NCBI GenBank assembly: GCA_950097015.1
Contig: CATNEN010000008.1
Span: 62,001 to 126,000 of the forward strand
Direction of reading: 5' to 3'
DNA: 64,000 nt
Source of the DNA: Macrostomum hystrix
Lineage: Eukaryota > Animalia > Platyhelminthes
Both the position numbers and the translations under genes were made by a program. The first letter of the stretch is position 1; each line of letters starts with the position of its first letter. The notes under the pieces were generated by a model. That model worked only from the letters and a program-made list of their open reading frames with translations, made no database searches and was not told the DNA's origin. Positions 38,701-49,912 of this stretch are shown one piece after another.

Positions 38701-41700
38701 ACACAGACACAAACACACAAACACACCTGCGACTTGTTAATCTTGATAAACCATCAGAGCGCCACGTGGCACTTTCTGACCGCCTCTGGCTGCTGGAAGC
38801 ATGCAGCGATACAGGGTAGAGGAGGGAAGGTTGGACCCAGATACCGAGCCCAGCTCCTAGTTTCCCCTCTCTTTGGTTTGGGAAATGTGAGATGGCGGTG
38901 TTGAAGGCAAAGAAGCTCGCTTTACTATACGATAGCCATCCTCCGCCCGAGGGGGTAGAGCAGTTCTCAAAAAACTTATTCAGCAAAGAGCGACTTTCAG
39001 CTGTGAACACACAAACACTTGCATAGCAACCAGAGTTAACGACACAGATGACCATCACACAGAGAAAAACATCTCAGGTCCGCATGAAACTAAAAAAAAT
39101 AGAGCTCTCAATTATATAGCTACAAATTAGTTGGTCTTTGCAGATGAAACTTGAGATGTTGTAAGGTGGTAACCGGTATTGGATACTATTTCATCAATAA
39201 AGACTGACAGACAAAGAGTGAATGAGTGAGAGAAAACGGAAGAACAAGAGAGAACGAGAGAGAAGCAGAGAGGGGGAGAGAGAACGAAAGAGAACGAGAG
39301 AGAACGAGAGAGGATGAGAGAGAACGAGAGAGAACGAGAGAGAACGAGTGAGAACGAGAGAGGATGAGAGAGAACGAGAGAGAACGAGAGAGAACGAGAG
39401 AGAACCAGAGAGAACGAGGGAGAACGAGAGAGAACGAGGGAGAACGAGATAGAACGAGGGAGAACGAGGGAGAACGAGAGAGAACGAGGGAGAACGAGAG
39501 AGAACGAGAAAGAACGAGAAAGAACGAGAAAGAACGAGAGAGGATGAGAGAGAACGAGAAAGAACGAGAGAGAACGAGAGAGAACGAGAGAGGATGAGAG
39601 AGAACGAGAGAGAACGAGAAAGAACGAGAGAGAACGAGAAAGAACGAGAGAGAACGAGAGAGAACGAGAGACAACGAGAGAGAACGAGAGAGAACGAGAG
39701 AGAACGAGAGAGAACGAGAGAGAACGAGAGAGAACGAGAGAGAACGAGAGAGAACGAGAGAGAAAGAGAGAGAACGAGAGAGAACGAGGGAGAACGAGAG
39801 AGAACGAGAGAGAACGAGAGAGAACGAGAGAGAACGAGAGAGAACGAGAGAGAACGAGAGAGAACGAGAGAGAACGAGAAAGAACGAGAGAGAACGAGAG
39901 AGAACGAGGGAGAACGAGGGAGAAAGAGAGAGAACGAGAAAGAACGAGAGAGAACGAGAGAGAACGAGGGAGAACGAGAGAGAACGAGAGAGAACGAGAG
40001 AGAACGAGAGAGAACGAGGGAGAACGAGAGAGAACGAGAGAGAACGAGAGAGAACGAGAGAGAACGAGAGAGAACGAGAGAGAACGAGAGAGAACGAGAG
40101 AGAACGAGAGAGAACGAGAGAGAAAGAGAGAGAACGAGAGAGAACGAGGGAGAACGAGAGAGAACGAGAGAGGATGAGAGAGAACGAGAGAGAACGAGAA
40201 AGAACGAGAGAGAACGAGAAAGAACGAGAGAGAACCAGAGAGAACGAGGGAGAACGAGAGAGAACGAGGGAGAACGAGATAGAACGAGGGAGAACGAGGG
40301 AGAACGAGAGAGAACGAGGGAGAACGAGAGAGAACGAGAAAGAACGAGAAAGAACGAGAGAGAACGAGAGAGAACGAGAGAGAACGAGAGAGAACGAGAG
40401 AGAACCAGAGAGAACGAGGGAGAACGAGAGAGAACGAGGGAGAACGAGATAGAACGAGGGAGAACGAGGGAGAACGAGAGAGAACGAGGGAGAACGAGAG
40501 AGAACGAGAAAGAACGAGAAAGAACGAGAAAGAACGAGAGAGGATGAGAGAGAACGAGAAAGAACGAGAGAGAACGAGAGAGAACGAGAGAGGATGAGAG
40601 AGAACGAGAGAGAACGAGAAAGAACGAGAGAGAACGAGAAAGAACGAGAGAGAACGAGAGAGAACGAGAGAGAACGAGAGAGAACGAGAGAGAACGAGAG
40701 AGAACGAGAGAGAACGAGAGAGAACGAGAGAGAACGAGAGAGAACGAGAGAGAAAGAGAGAGAACGAGAGAGAACGAGGGAGAACGAGAGAGAACGAGAG
40801 AGAACGAGAGAGAACGAGAGAGAACGAGAGAGAACGAGAGAGAACGAGAGAGAACGAGAGAGAACGAGAAAGAACGAGAGAGAACGAGAGAGAACGAGGG
40901 AGAACGAGGGAGAAAGAGAGAGAACGAGAAAGAACGAGAGAGAACGAGAGAGAACGAGGGAGAACGAGAGAGAACGGGTGGAGGATAGTTTATTAGAATT
41001 TGAATGACTCCGCAACTGAGTATGGGGAAATTTTCCACTCATCGTTGATCAAGAGGATTCCCTCCCCCTGCTAGTCCCTTTGCAGTTGAAGGTGCTGTTA
41101 ATCCTTACCAACTTATTCTACACTCCAGCCCAAAACTGCTTTGTGATGCGGACATCTGGAAGATACAATGGCAATCGCAGCCACTTCTATCTAGTATGGA
41201 CTCGTATAAATGCATACATCTGTCAGACTGCAAGCCTAATTTAGCAGCACAGTGGGGGGTCTAGACTGGACCGTTGCGTTTAAGAATATTATAATATATA
41301 GATGGGGATTAAAACTGGTGACCAGATTGTCAAATTAAAAGAAAAACTGCGCCTTTCCACAGAGCGCAGCGTCACTTGTCTTCTTATCGATGATGACGCA
41401 TGAAATAATCTGAGCAGAAATTTCTACTATATATTATACTGTATAAAAAAGCGATATAAAATTCGCGGAAAATCAGCGTTTTTTCTGTCCGCTACTTCTG
41501 GTCCGAAATCAGTTGCAGTGATGGGGCACAGCGATTCCCTATACCGAATACCGAAAAATATCAACCGCTGAAGATTTTGAGATGTATCAATTATCTCTGG
41601 GAATTCCATATCGATCATAGAAATGATACACTAATACTCTGCTATATAACACTGATACAGTTTAATGCTTGACTTCTGTAATAAAACAAATTACACCAGA

Positions 41701-43496
41701 CTTGTTCTATTCTATGATTGACAGGCCTTTACAAAGACCCGGAGACAGAACATGTTGAAATAGCTGATAGAGGCAAGATGATGAGGCGGCGAGGTTTTGT
41801 CACTTTGTGGCAGCTCAAAGCAATGGAATGATGCAACTAAGCAGCGGGTTCCTATGGGAATATAACAGAATTCGTTCAGTCCTATCCCATGCTGCTGCGT
41901 CTGCTCCTAACAGTAACACCGTCATATTTATTTATACATCTATGTCTCTATATTATACAAATCCTATATTGTTGGCTCGTTAAATTGACTAGCCTGTGTG
42001 ACATCATATAGATTACTTGTCAATATTTCCACCCAGTTAAAGTGGGAGATAGCGAGGGAGAGAGGAGATGTTAGTGAGAGAAGAGATGTGAAAGGGAGAT
42101 AGCGAGGGAGAGAAGAGTTGTGAAAGGGAGATAGCGAGGGAGAAAAGAGATGTGAAAGGGAGATAGCGAGGGAGAAAAGAGATGTCAAAGGGAGACAGCG
42201 GGGGAGAAAAGAGATGTGAAAGGGAGACAGCGGGGGAGAAAAGAGATGTGAAAGGGAGACAGCGATGGAGAAAAGAGATGTGAAAGGGAGACAGCGGGGG
42301 AGAAAAGAGATGTGAAAGGGAGACAGCGGGGGAGAAAAGAGATGTGAAAGGGAGACAGCGGGGGAGAAAAGAGATGTGAAAGGGAGACAGCGATGGAGAA
42401 AAGAGATGTGAAAGGGAGACAGCGGGGGAGAAAAGAGATGTGAAAGGGAGACAGCGGGGGAGAAAAGAGATGTGAAAGGGAGACAGCGATGGAGAAAAGA
42501 GATGTGAAAGGGAGACAGCGATGGAGAAAAGAGATGTGAAAGGGAGATAGCGGGGTGGAGAAGAGATGTGAAAGGGAGATAGCGGGGTGGAGAAGAGATG
42601 TAAAAGGGAGATAGCGGGGTAGAGAAGAGATGTGAAAGGGAGATAGCGAGGGAGAAAATAGATATGTATGGGAGATAGCGGGGTAGAGAAGAGATGTGAA
42701 AGGGAGATAGCGAGGGAGAGAAGAGATGTGAAAGGGAGATAGCGAGGGAGAGAAGAGATGTGAAAGGGAGATAGCGAGGGAGAGAAGAGATGTGAAAGGG
42801 AGATAGCGAGGGAGAGAAGAGATGCGACAGGAGAGTCTTAAGAAATGACATTTTTATGAACAAATTAATAAACACGGAGTGCACTTACCAAAGAGTGAAA
42901 GTTACGTACATAACAATAGTTGCACCTACTATTGGCTTTGGCAAGAAGTTGTTCATAAAAGCTAGTCGGCTGTCATGCAGCTCCTCCCGAATTCGCTCTG
43001 GTTATAGAGCATGCAGCCCGCCCGGGTCAAATAAAATTACAATTAGCCTCATTACCGAATGCTGCAATGCGCCTAACCCGCCAACCCCACGACCCAATCC
43101 CTGCAGAGGCTTGCAGCGATTATTATAGTACAGGAATCAAATTACCCGGGCACCTCCCCACTGTCTCTCTGTGAAATTAATGAATCAAGCCCTAAAAAAG
43201 ACTTTATTTAAAATTAATTAAACAAATACTTTAATCAGCTCACGCAGTATGTGATGCATTTCAGCCGCTGCGTGTTGCACAAGGCCGTCCTCTAGGCCGT
43301 AGAGTTGCGCAAAGTCTTCGTGATGATGACTCGGCGGCGGCGGCGGCGGCGGCGGCGGAGGCGGCTGCTGATGCAGCTGATGTTGGTGCTGATGCTGCTG
43401 ATGCTGCTGCTGCTGTTGCTGTTGGTGATGATGCTGCTGCTGCGCCTTCCTCAAGGCGGCCTTGATCTCCTCGCTGGCTAGTTCCTCAGTGGCCAT
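32750..43496 (-). CDS. PROP1: Paired-like Q50 homeobox protein, PROP1/unc-42/CG32532 family; ~334 aa
   Basis: Exons 43496-43244 (MATEE..., polyQ/H/P), 37688-37393 and 35627-35250 join in phase. Homeodomain [46 protein letters not shown]|[17 protein letters not shown] matches the unc-42/Prop signature as recalled. The terminal exon 32827-32750 is only a phase-compatible guess (~0.4). Confidence 0.88.
33197..33448 (-). mobile_element. SINE family A, copy 3 (3'-truncated)
   Basis: Same head and body as copies 1 and 2. No (ATT)n tail. Confidence 0.85.
33680..35192. repeat. Two adjacent 20-bp arrays in PROP1 intron 3: (TGAATAGATTAGGAAGAGCC)n then (GGAAAGATTTGGAATGTCTA)n
   Basis: Directly visible. 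The junction is at ~33950. Confidence 0.95.
39235..40975. repeat. 10-bp purine-rich minisatellite (AGAACGAGAG)n in PROP1 intron 1
   Basis: Directly visible. It generates the spurious 600-aa SL/RE ORFs. Confidence 0.97.
42045..42830. repeat. 32-bp minisatellite (AAGAGATGTGAAAGGGAGATAGCGAGGGAGAG)n, array 1 (PROP1 intron 1)
   Basis: Directly visible. Confidence 0.95.
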
Positions 43497-43974
43497 GCTG
43501 AGCTAAGTGAATTAGGATTAGCGGGCGCACTCCTCACTCTCTCTCTCTGGATTTGCCTCTGTCGGGACTTGGGCCGCAATTTGGGAAAACCTCGGCTCTC
43601 TCACTCTAGGCGAGTGCGCGCGAGCATTAAGTCAATTATGCCGCCGCGTGGACTCGGCTTGGGGTGGCGGAGGTGGGCGGTGGCGCTGGGGTGGTGGGCG
43701 CCACGCGCCCCAATGGCCCACGACTGGGGGATTCCTGACGGACCCAATCAGCGTCACTAAGGGAAAAATGGCTTTGGGGAGAACGAAAGATAGAGGGATA
43801 ATGGGGAGAATGAAGAGTGGGAAGATTTCATTTGGCGGCCCCATCAAAGCAGCTTCGCATTTGATTCGATTGATGGAAAATTGAAAGAAGAACTTCAGCT
43901 TCTTGAGATGCTTTTGAGCTGGTCCAATCTAGACAGAAGCTTTCTCAAAGCCGATTTGTATGAATTAGAAACGT

Positions 43975-44460
43975 GAGTGAGAGAAGAGATGTGAAAGGGA
44001 GATAGCGAGGGGGAAAAGAGATGTGAATGGGAGATAGCGAGGGAGAAAAGAGATGTGAAAGGGAGATAGCGAGGGAGAAAAGAGATGTGAAAGGGAGACA
44101 GCGAGGGAGAATAGAGATGTGAAAGGGAGATAGCGAGGGAGAAAAGAGATGTGAAAGGGAGATAGCGAGGGGGAAAAGAGATGTGAAGGGGAGATAGCGA
44201 GGGAGAAAAGAGATGTGAAAGGGAGATAGCGGGGTAGAGAAGAGATGTGAAAGGGAGATAGCGGGGTAGAGAAGAGATGTGAAAGGGAGATAGCGAGGGA
44301 GAGAAGAGATGTGAATGGGAGATAGCGGGGTAGAGAAGAGATGTGAAAGGGAGATAGCGAGGGAGAAAAGAGATGTGAAAGGGAGATAGCGAGGGAGAAA
44401 AGAGATGTGAATGGGAGATAGCGGGGTAGAGAAGAGATGTGAAAGGGAGATGAGAGAAGA
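43975..44460. repeat. Same 32-bp minisatellite family, array 2 (upstream of PROP1)
   Basis: Same unit and orientation as 42045-42830. Confidence 0.95.
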
Positions 44461-45004
44461 GACGGTAATGAATGGTAAATCCCAGACCTCTAGTTAGAAA
44501 TGCTTGATAATTAAGACTATCTAAAGCTGGGAGATAATATTCTGTATGATATTTGAACATATGTGAATCTATTTTTTATACTTTATAACAGTTAAAATTT
44601 TACACGTGACAATATAAAGTAGCATTCAACAGGTTATTATTAGTATATGATATACAATTAGGCATTGTGCAACACTATCTTTCGTGCTCGTGCTATGCAG
44701 GGATAATTTAATAATGCCCCAGGCTAATGGAAGGTATATTGTCACATTATTCTCAGCTTTTTTAATGAGCGTAATAAATGAATCCCATTTTCTTTGCGAA
44801 AATGTGCTAAATGAAAAATACTTGATCAAACTGTTGAATATAAACCTTGCCTCATAGACTTACCACTGGGGACACTCATTGGACACTTAAAGAATTTCAA
44901 ATTAAAAGTCACTATATTTTGGTGAGAAATTCTCCCCCAGAAATTGAGTTTAGGCAAGTTTAATTCCAAGCTATCGACTCGATCACATATAGTGCTAATT
45001 TTGC

Positions 45005-46750
45005 ATCCTTCAGTGTCTCAATGACCCCCCTGATTCTTCAGTGTCTCAATGACCCCCTGATCCTTCAGTGTCTCTATGACTCCCCTGATCCTTCAGTGTC
45101 TCTATGACCCCCTGATCATTCAGTGTCTCTATGACCCCCTGATCATTCAGTGTCTCTATGACACCCTGATCATTCAGTGTCTCTTTGACTCCCCTGATCA
45201 TTCAGTGTCTCTATGACCCCCTGATCATTCAGTGTCTCTATGACCCCCTGATCCTTCAGTGTCTCTATGACCCCCTGATCCTTCGGTGTCTCTATGACCC
45301 CCTGATCATTCAGTGTCTCTATGACACCCCTTGATCAATCAGTGTCTCTATGACACCCTGATCATTCAGTGTCTCTATGACACCCTGATCATTCAGTGTG
45401 TCTTTGACTCCCCTGATCAATCAGTGTCTCTATGACCCCCTGATCATTCAGTGTCTCTATGACCCCCTGATCAATCAGTGTCTCTATGACCCCCTGATCA
45501 ATCAGTGTCTCTATGACCCCCTGATCCTTCAGTGTCTCTATGACCCCCCTGATTATTCGGTGTCTCTATGACCCCCTGATCCTTCAGTGTCTCTATGACT
45601 CCCTTGATCCTTCAGTGTCTCTATGACCCCCCCTGATCCTTCAGTGTCTCTATGACCCCCCCTGATCCTTCAGTGTCTCTATGACACCCTGATCATTCAG
45701 TGTCTCTATGACACCCTGATCATTCAGTGTGTCTTTGACTCCCCTGATCAATCAGTGTCTCTATGACCCCCTGATCATTCAGTGTCTCTATGACCCCCTG
45801 ATCAATCAGTGTCTCTATGACCCCCTGATCAATCAGTGTCTCTATGACCCCCCTGATTATTCGGTGTCTCTATGACCCCCTGATCCTTCAGTGTCTCTAT
45901 GACTCCCCTGATCCTTCAGTGTCTCTATGACCCCCCCTGATCCTTCAGTGTCTCTATGACCCCCCCTGATCCTTCAGTGTCTCTATGACACCCTGATCAT
46001 TCAGTGTCTCTATGACACCCTGATCATTCAGTGTGTCTTTGACTCCCCTGATCAATCAGTGTCTCTATGACCCCCTGATCAATCAGTGTCTCTATGACCC
46101 CCTGATCAATCAGTGTCTCTATGACCCCCTGATCCTTCAGTGTCTCTATGACCCCCTGATCCTTCAGTGTCTCTATGACTCCCCTGATCCTTCAGTGTCT
46201 CTATGACCCCCCCTGATCCTTCAGTGTCTCTATGACCCCCCCTGATCCTTCAGTGTCTCTATGACACCCTGATCATTCAGTGTCTCTATGACACCCTGAT
46301 CATTCAGTGTGTCTTTGACTCCCCTGATCAATCAGTGTCTCTATGACCCCCTGATCATTCAGTGTCTCTATGACCCCCTGATCAATCAGTGTCTCTATGA
46401 CCCCCTGATCAATCAGTGTCTCTATGACCCCCTGATCCTTCAGTGTCTCTATGACCCCCCTGATTATTCGGTGTCTCTATGACCCCCTGATCCTTCAGTG
46501 TCTCTATGACTCCCCTGATCCTTCAGTGTCTCTATGACCCCCCCTGATCCTTCAGTGTCTCTATGACCCCCCCTGATCCTTCAGTGTCTCTATGACCCCC
46601 CCTGATCCTTCAGTGTCTCTATGACCCCCCCTGATCCTTCAGTGTTTATATGACCCCCCTGATCCTTCAGTGTTTATATGACCCCCTGATCATTCAGTGT
46701 CTCTATGACCCCCTTATCCTTCAATGTCTCTATGACCACTGATCATTTAG
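45005..46750. repeat. ~28-bp minisatellite (TCAGTGTCTCTATGACCCCCTGATC[C/A]T)n with higher-order blocks
   Basis: Directly visible. The variant TGTGTCTTTGACTCCCC recurs at ~300-350 bp intervals. Confidence 0.95.
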
Positions 46751-47029
46751 TGCTCAAATAAAGAATCTATCTTCAAGTCATTGTTGAAGGCATTATTAGT
46801 GAGTAGCTGAATGCCAGTGTATAATACTCGCAGACATACTACTAAAAGTAAGCCAAACGTGAGGCGATAAAGCAAAGTGCACATGAGAGATGAAAACGCA
46901 TCTTTGAAGGTTCGATTCTATGGAACGCTGTTTTGATCATAAGTTTTGCTGTCAAAATTTCGACTGCTGTGTAAATGGAAACAATGTAATGGATTGTGTA
47001 CTTAATGAACACAATGTCCCCATTGATCG

Positions 47030-47806
47030 ATAACCTGATGGACAGCATCCTATGTGCTCGATCGATATCTGATGGACACAATGTCTCAAATGATTGATAT
47101 CTGATGGACACAATGTCTCCTGTGATCGATATCCGATGGACACAAAGTCTCCTGTGATCGATACCTGATGGACACAAAGTCTCCTGTGATCGATACCTGA
47201 TGGACACAATGACTCTCGTGATCGATACCTGATGGACAAAATGACTCTTGTGATCGATACCTGATGGACACAATGACTCTCGTGATCGATACCTGATGGA
47301 CACAATGACTCTTGTGATCGATACCTGATGGACAAAATGACTCTTGTGATCGATACCTGATGGACACAATGACTCTTGTGATCGATACCTGATGGACAAA
47401 ATGACTCTTGTGATCGATACCTGATGGACACAATGACTCTCGTGATCGATACCTGATGGACACAATGACTCTTGTGATCGATACCTGATGGACAAAATGA
47501 CTCTTGTGATCGATACCTGATGGACACAATGACTCTTGTGATCGATACCTGATGGACAAAATGACTCTTGTGATCGATATCTGATTGACACAATGTCTCA
47601 AATGATTGACATCTGATGGACACAATGTCTTCTGTGATCGATACCTGATGGACACAATGACTCTTGTGATCGATACCTGATGGACACAAAGTCTCCTGTG
47701 ATCGATACCTGATGGACACAATGACTCTTGTGATCGATACCTGATGGACACAATGACTCTTGCGATCGGTATCTGATGGACACAATGTCTTAGGTGATCG
47801 ATATCT
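47030..47806. repeat. 32-bp minisatellite (GATCGATACCTGATGGACACAATGACTCTTGT)n, left part
   Basis: Directly visible. It resumes at 49260 after the LINE. Confidence 0.95.
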
Positions 47807-49259
47807 TGACTTACTTGACTTATCTGCAGGGCGGTCCGATGGACACAGCGGGGAGGCGGGGGTCGCCCATTCCGCTAATCCCTGAAAGACCCGCAATCGG
47901 CCGATGGCGCGGGGCCAGTCAGGGAGGTCCGTGGCCGGTCCTTCCTGCAGCTTGCTCTTCGCTAGGGAAGAAAGATGCTCGTCTGGTAGCCCTTAGGAAC
48001 CGGACGAGCCGCGGGATGTTCTCGGATCTGCAAACGTCGTCCATGGATGGGTTTGGTCCGAGGTGATTTAGCCTCTCTTTGGTGAAGAAAGGGCATTGGC
48101 AGACGAAGTGCAAGGCATCCTCGTTTTCAAGGTTGCAGAACGGGCACAGCTCGCTCCGGAGGTCTCCTCGGAGGAAACAGTGTCTGGCGTAGCAACCATG
48201 GCCCGTGAGGGTCATGGTGAGGGCCCGGATGTCCTTCCGGGTCTGGTTTAGAAGGACCTTCCGGAGCCGAGTGGATGGCACTGAGACTGCCGCTTTGGAT
48301 TGGCGGCAATTAATGGTGCTTCTCCACCGGGCAAGATGAAGGTTGGCGGCCCAGTCATCAATCTGACGATAGATGACGGTGTTCGGAATTGGAACCGGGG
48401 GGCAGGGGCCCGGCGCAGAGCTAGCGCCTCCCTGCTTGGCCAGGGAGTCAGCAAGCTCGTTTCCAGGAAAACCGGCATGCCCTGGTATCCAATGGAGTCT
48501 GACGGTATTCTTACCGGCCAGGTTGTTAAGCTGCCGGACACAGTCAGAGACTGTCCGGGAGGTCGTGGTGGTGTGACAGAGGGCTTGCAGAGCAGCCTGA
48601 CTGTCCGAGTGAAAGATGATGGTCCTGCCTGAGATGTTTTTCTCGTTCAGCTCCGCAGCGCAGGAGCTGATGGCCAGGACCTCGTTCTGGAAAACGCTCG
48701 AGGATTTTCCAGTGTGTTGGGCGTGTGTGGCGACAACACGTCCGTTGACAAGGATACAGATCCCGAAGCCAGCGGAGCCATCCTTCATGGATCCGTCCGT
48801 GTAGCAGTGGACCTCCTGGGTGTTCCAGTGGTCGCTAGCTTGATCCCTGGTGGGGATGAGAACCTTAAAGCACTGAAGGAGGTTGAGCGTGCGCGGTTCT
48901 CCGTCCGTGAGGACATTGATTCCGTTGCTCGCGTCCAAATCTCTCAGGCAAAGGTCCGTGTGCGGCAGGAGCTTTCGTTTTGCTGCCGCTCGATGGGGGA
49001 CGAAGCGCACTCCGGCATCAAGGAGGCGCCGGGCGGTTTTTGCCGCCTCACCGCGGATAAAAATATCGAGTGGGAGAATATTCAGGAAGGCGCTAAGGCC
49101 GTCGAAGGGGGCGGATGGCGGGGCGCTCATGATCATGCGACACGCGCGGCCTTGCACTCTCCGAAGAGTCTCAAGGCAGGTCTTTAGCTGCAGGGCGCTA
49201 GCCCAGATCAGTCCGGCGTACGAAACAGCCGGTCTGACCATAGCAGTGTAGATCCACCA
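47807..49259 (-). mobile_element. 5'-truncated non-LTR retrotransposon (I group, LOA/Lian-like): RT thumb/connection remnant, RNase H, Cys/His knuckle, 3' UTR
   Basis: Uninterrupted ORF to stop at 47919 with IYTAMVRPAVSY, YTDGS, QNEVLAI, HSDSQAAL, WIPGHAGFPGNELADSLAK, LTGHG and CPFC...EDALHFVCQC. 3' tail TAAGTCAAGTAAGTCAAG. Flanked by GTGATCGATATCT at 47794-47806 and 49260-49272 (candidate target-site duplication). The clade assignment is from recalled motif similarity. Confidence 0.9.
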
Positions 49260-49562
49260 GTGATCGATATCTGATTGACACAATGTCTTAGGTGATCGAT
49301 ATCTGATTGACACAATGTCTTAGGTGATCGATACCTGATGGACACAATGTCTTCTGTGATCGGTATCTGATGGACACAATGTCTCCTGCGATCGATATCT
49401 GATGGACACAATGTCTCCTGCGATCGGTATCTGATGGACACAATGTCTCCTGCGATCGATATCTGATTGACACAATGTCTTAGGTGATCGATACCTGATG
49501 GACACAATGTCTTAGGTGATCGATACCTGATGGACACAATGTCTTAGGTGATCGATACCTGA
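49260..49562. repeat. 32-bp minisatellite, right part (same family as 47030-47806)
   Basis: Directly visible. Confidence 0.95.
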
Positions 49563-49693
49563 TGATGGCCAGGGATGATGTGCCATTGCCCACAGCCCTC
49601 CTGCTAGTATTCATACTATTAAATTTACTAATTCTAGGAGAAAAAATGGGTAATCAAACCGATCATGTTCTTAATATCAGATAACTTTCCTTC

Positions 49694-49912
49694 ATAATAA
49701 TAATAATAATTGCAGGAGGGCTTCGGGCAATGGCACACCATTTGGTGTACATTTCACTGTGCCTTGGAGGTTGGCCCTCAAGGGCGTAAATTGCACGACA
49801 AGCCCCCAAAGCCTTCTCTCCGCGGCTGCGCCCTAAATTAATGTGGCCTCGCCGTTGAATCGAACTTAGGGACCGTGGTGCGAGAGGCAAACGCGTTAAC
49901 CGCTCTGCCACC
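49694..49912 (-). mobile_element. SINE family A, copy 4 (internally deleted, with (ATT)n tail)
   Basis: Same head, GGGCGTAAATTGCACGACAAGCCCC block and TTGCAGGAGGGC tail junction. It lacks the central GGCAATTCTGCCC module. Confidence 0.85.

Noticed and set aside
38731-39001. AG/GT-bounded open segment in PROP1 intron 1 as a cassette exon
   Set aside because: It enters in phase 1 but exits in phase 2, so it would frameshift the homeodomain exon. The sequence is not protein-like.
39186-41042. 600-aa SL-rich and RE-rich ORFs, and similar ORFs over other arrays (e.g. 13.6-14.9, 16.6-17.6, 42-44.5, 46.8-47.9, 55.2-55.9, 60.3-62.6 kb)
   Set aside because: They are translations of stop-free tandem repeats inside introns or intergenic DNA, with no unique sequence, splice support or domain content.
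9488-49912. All four family-A SINEs lie on the minus strand
   Set aside because: Four copies in the same orientation has probability 1/8 by chance, and the orientation relative to host genes is mixed.
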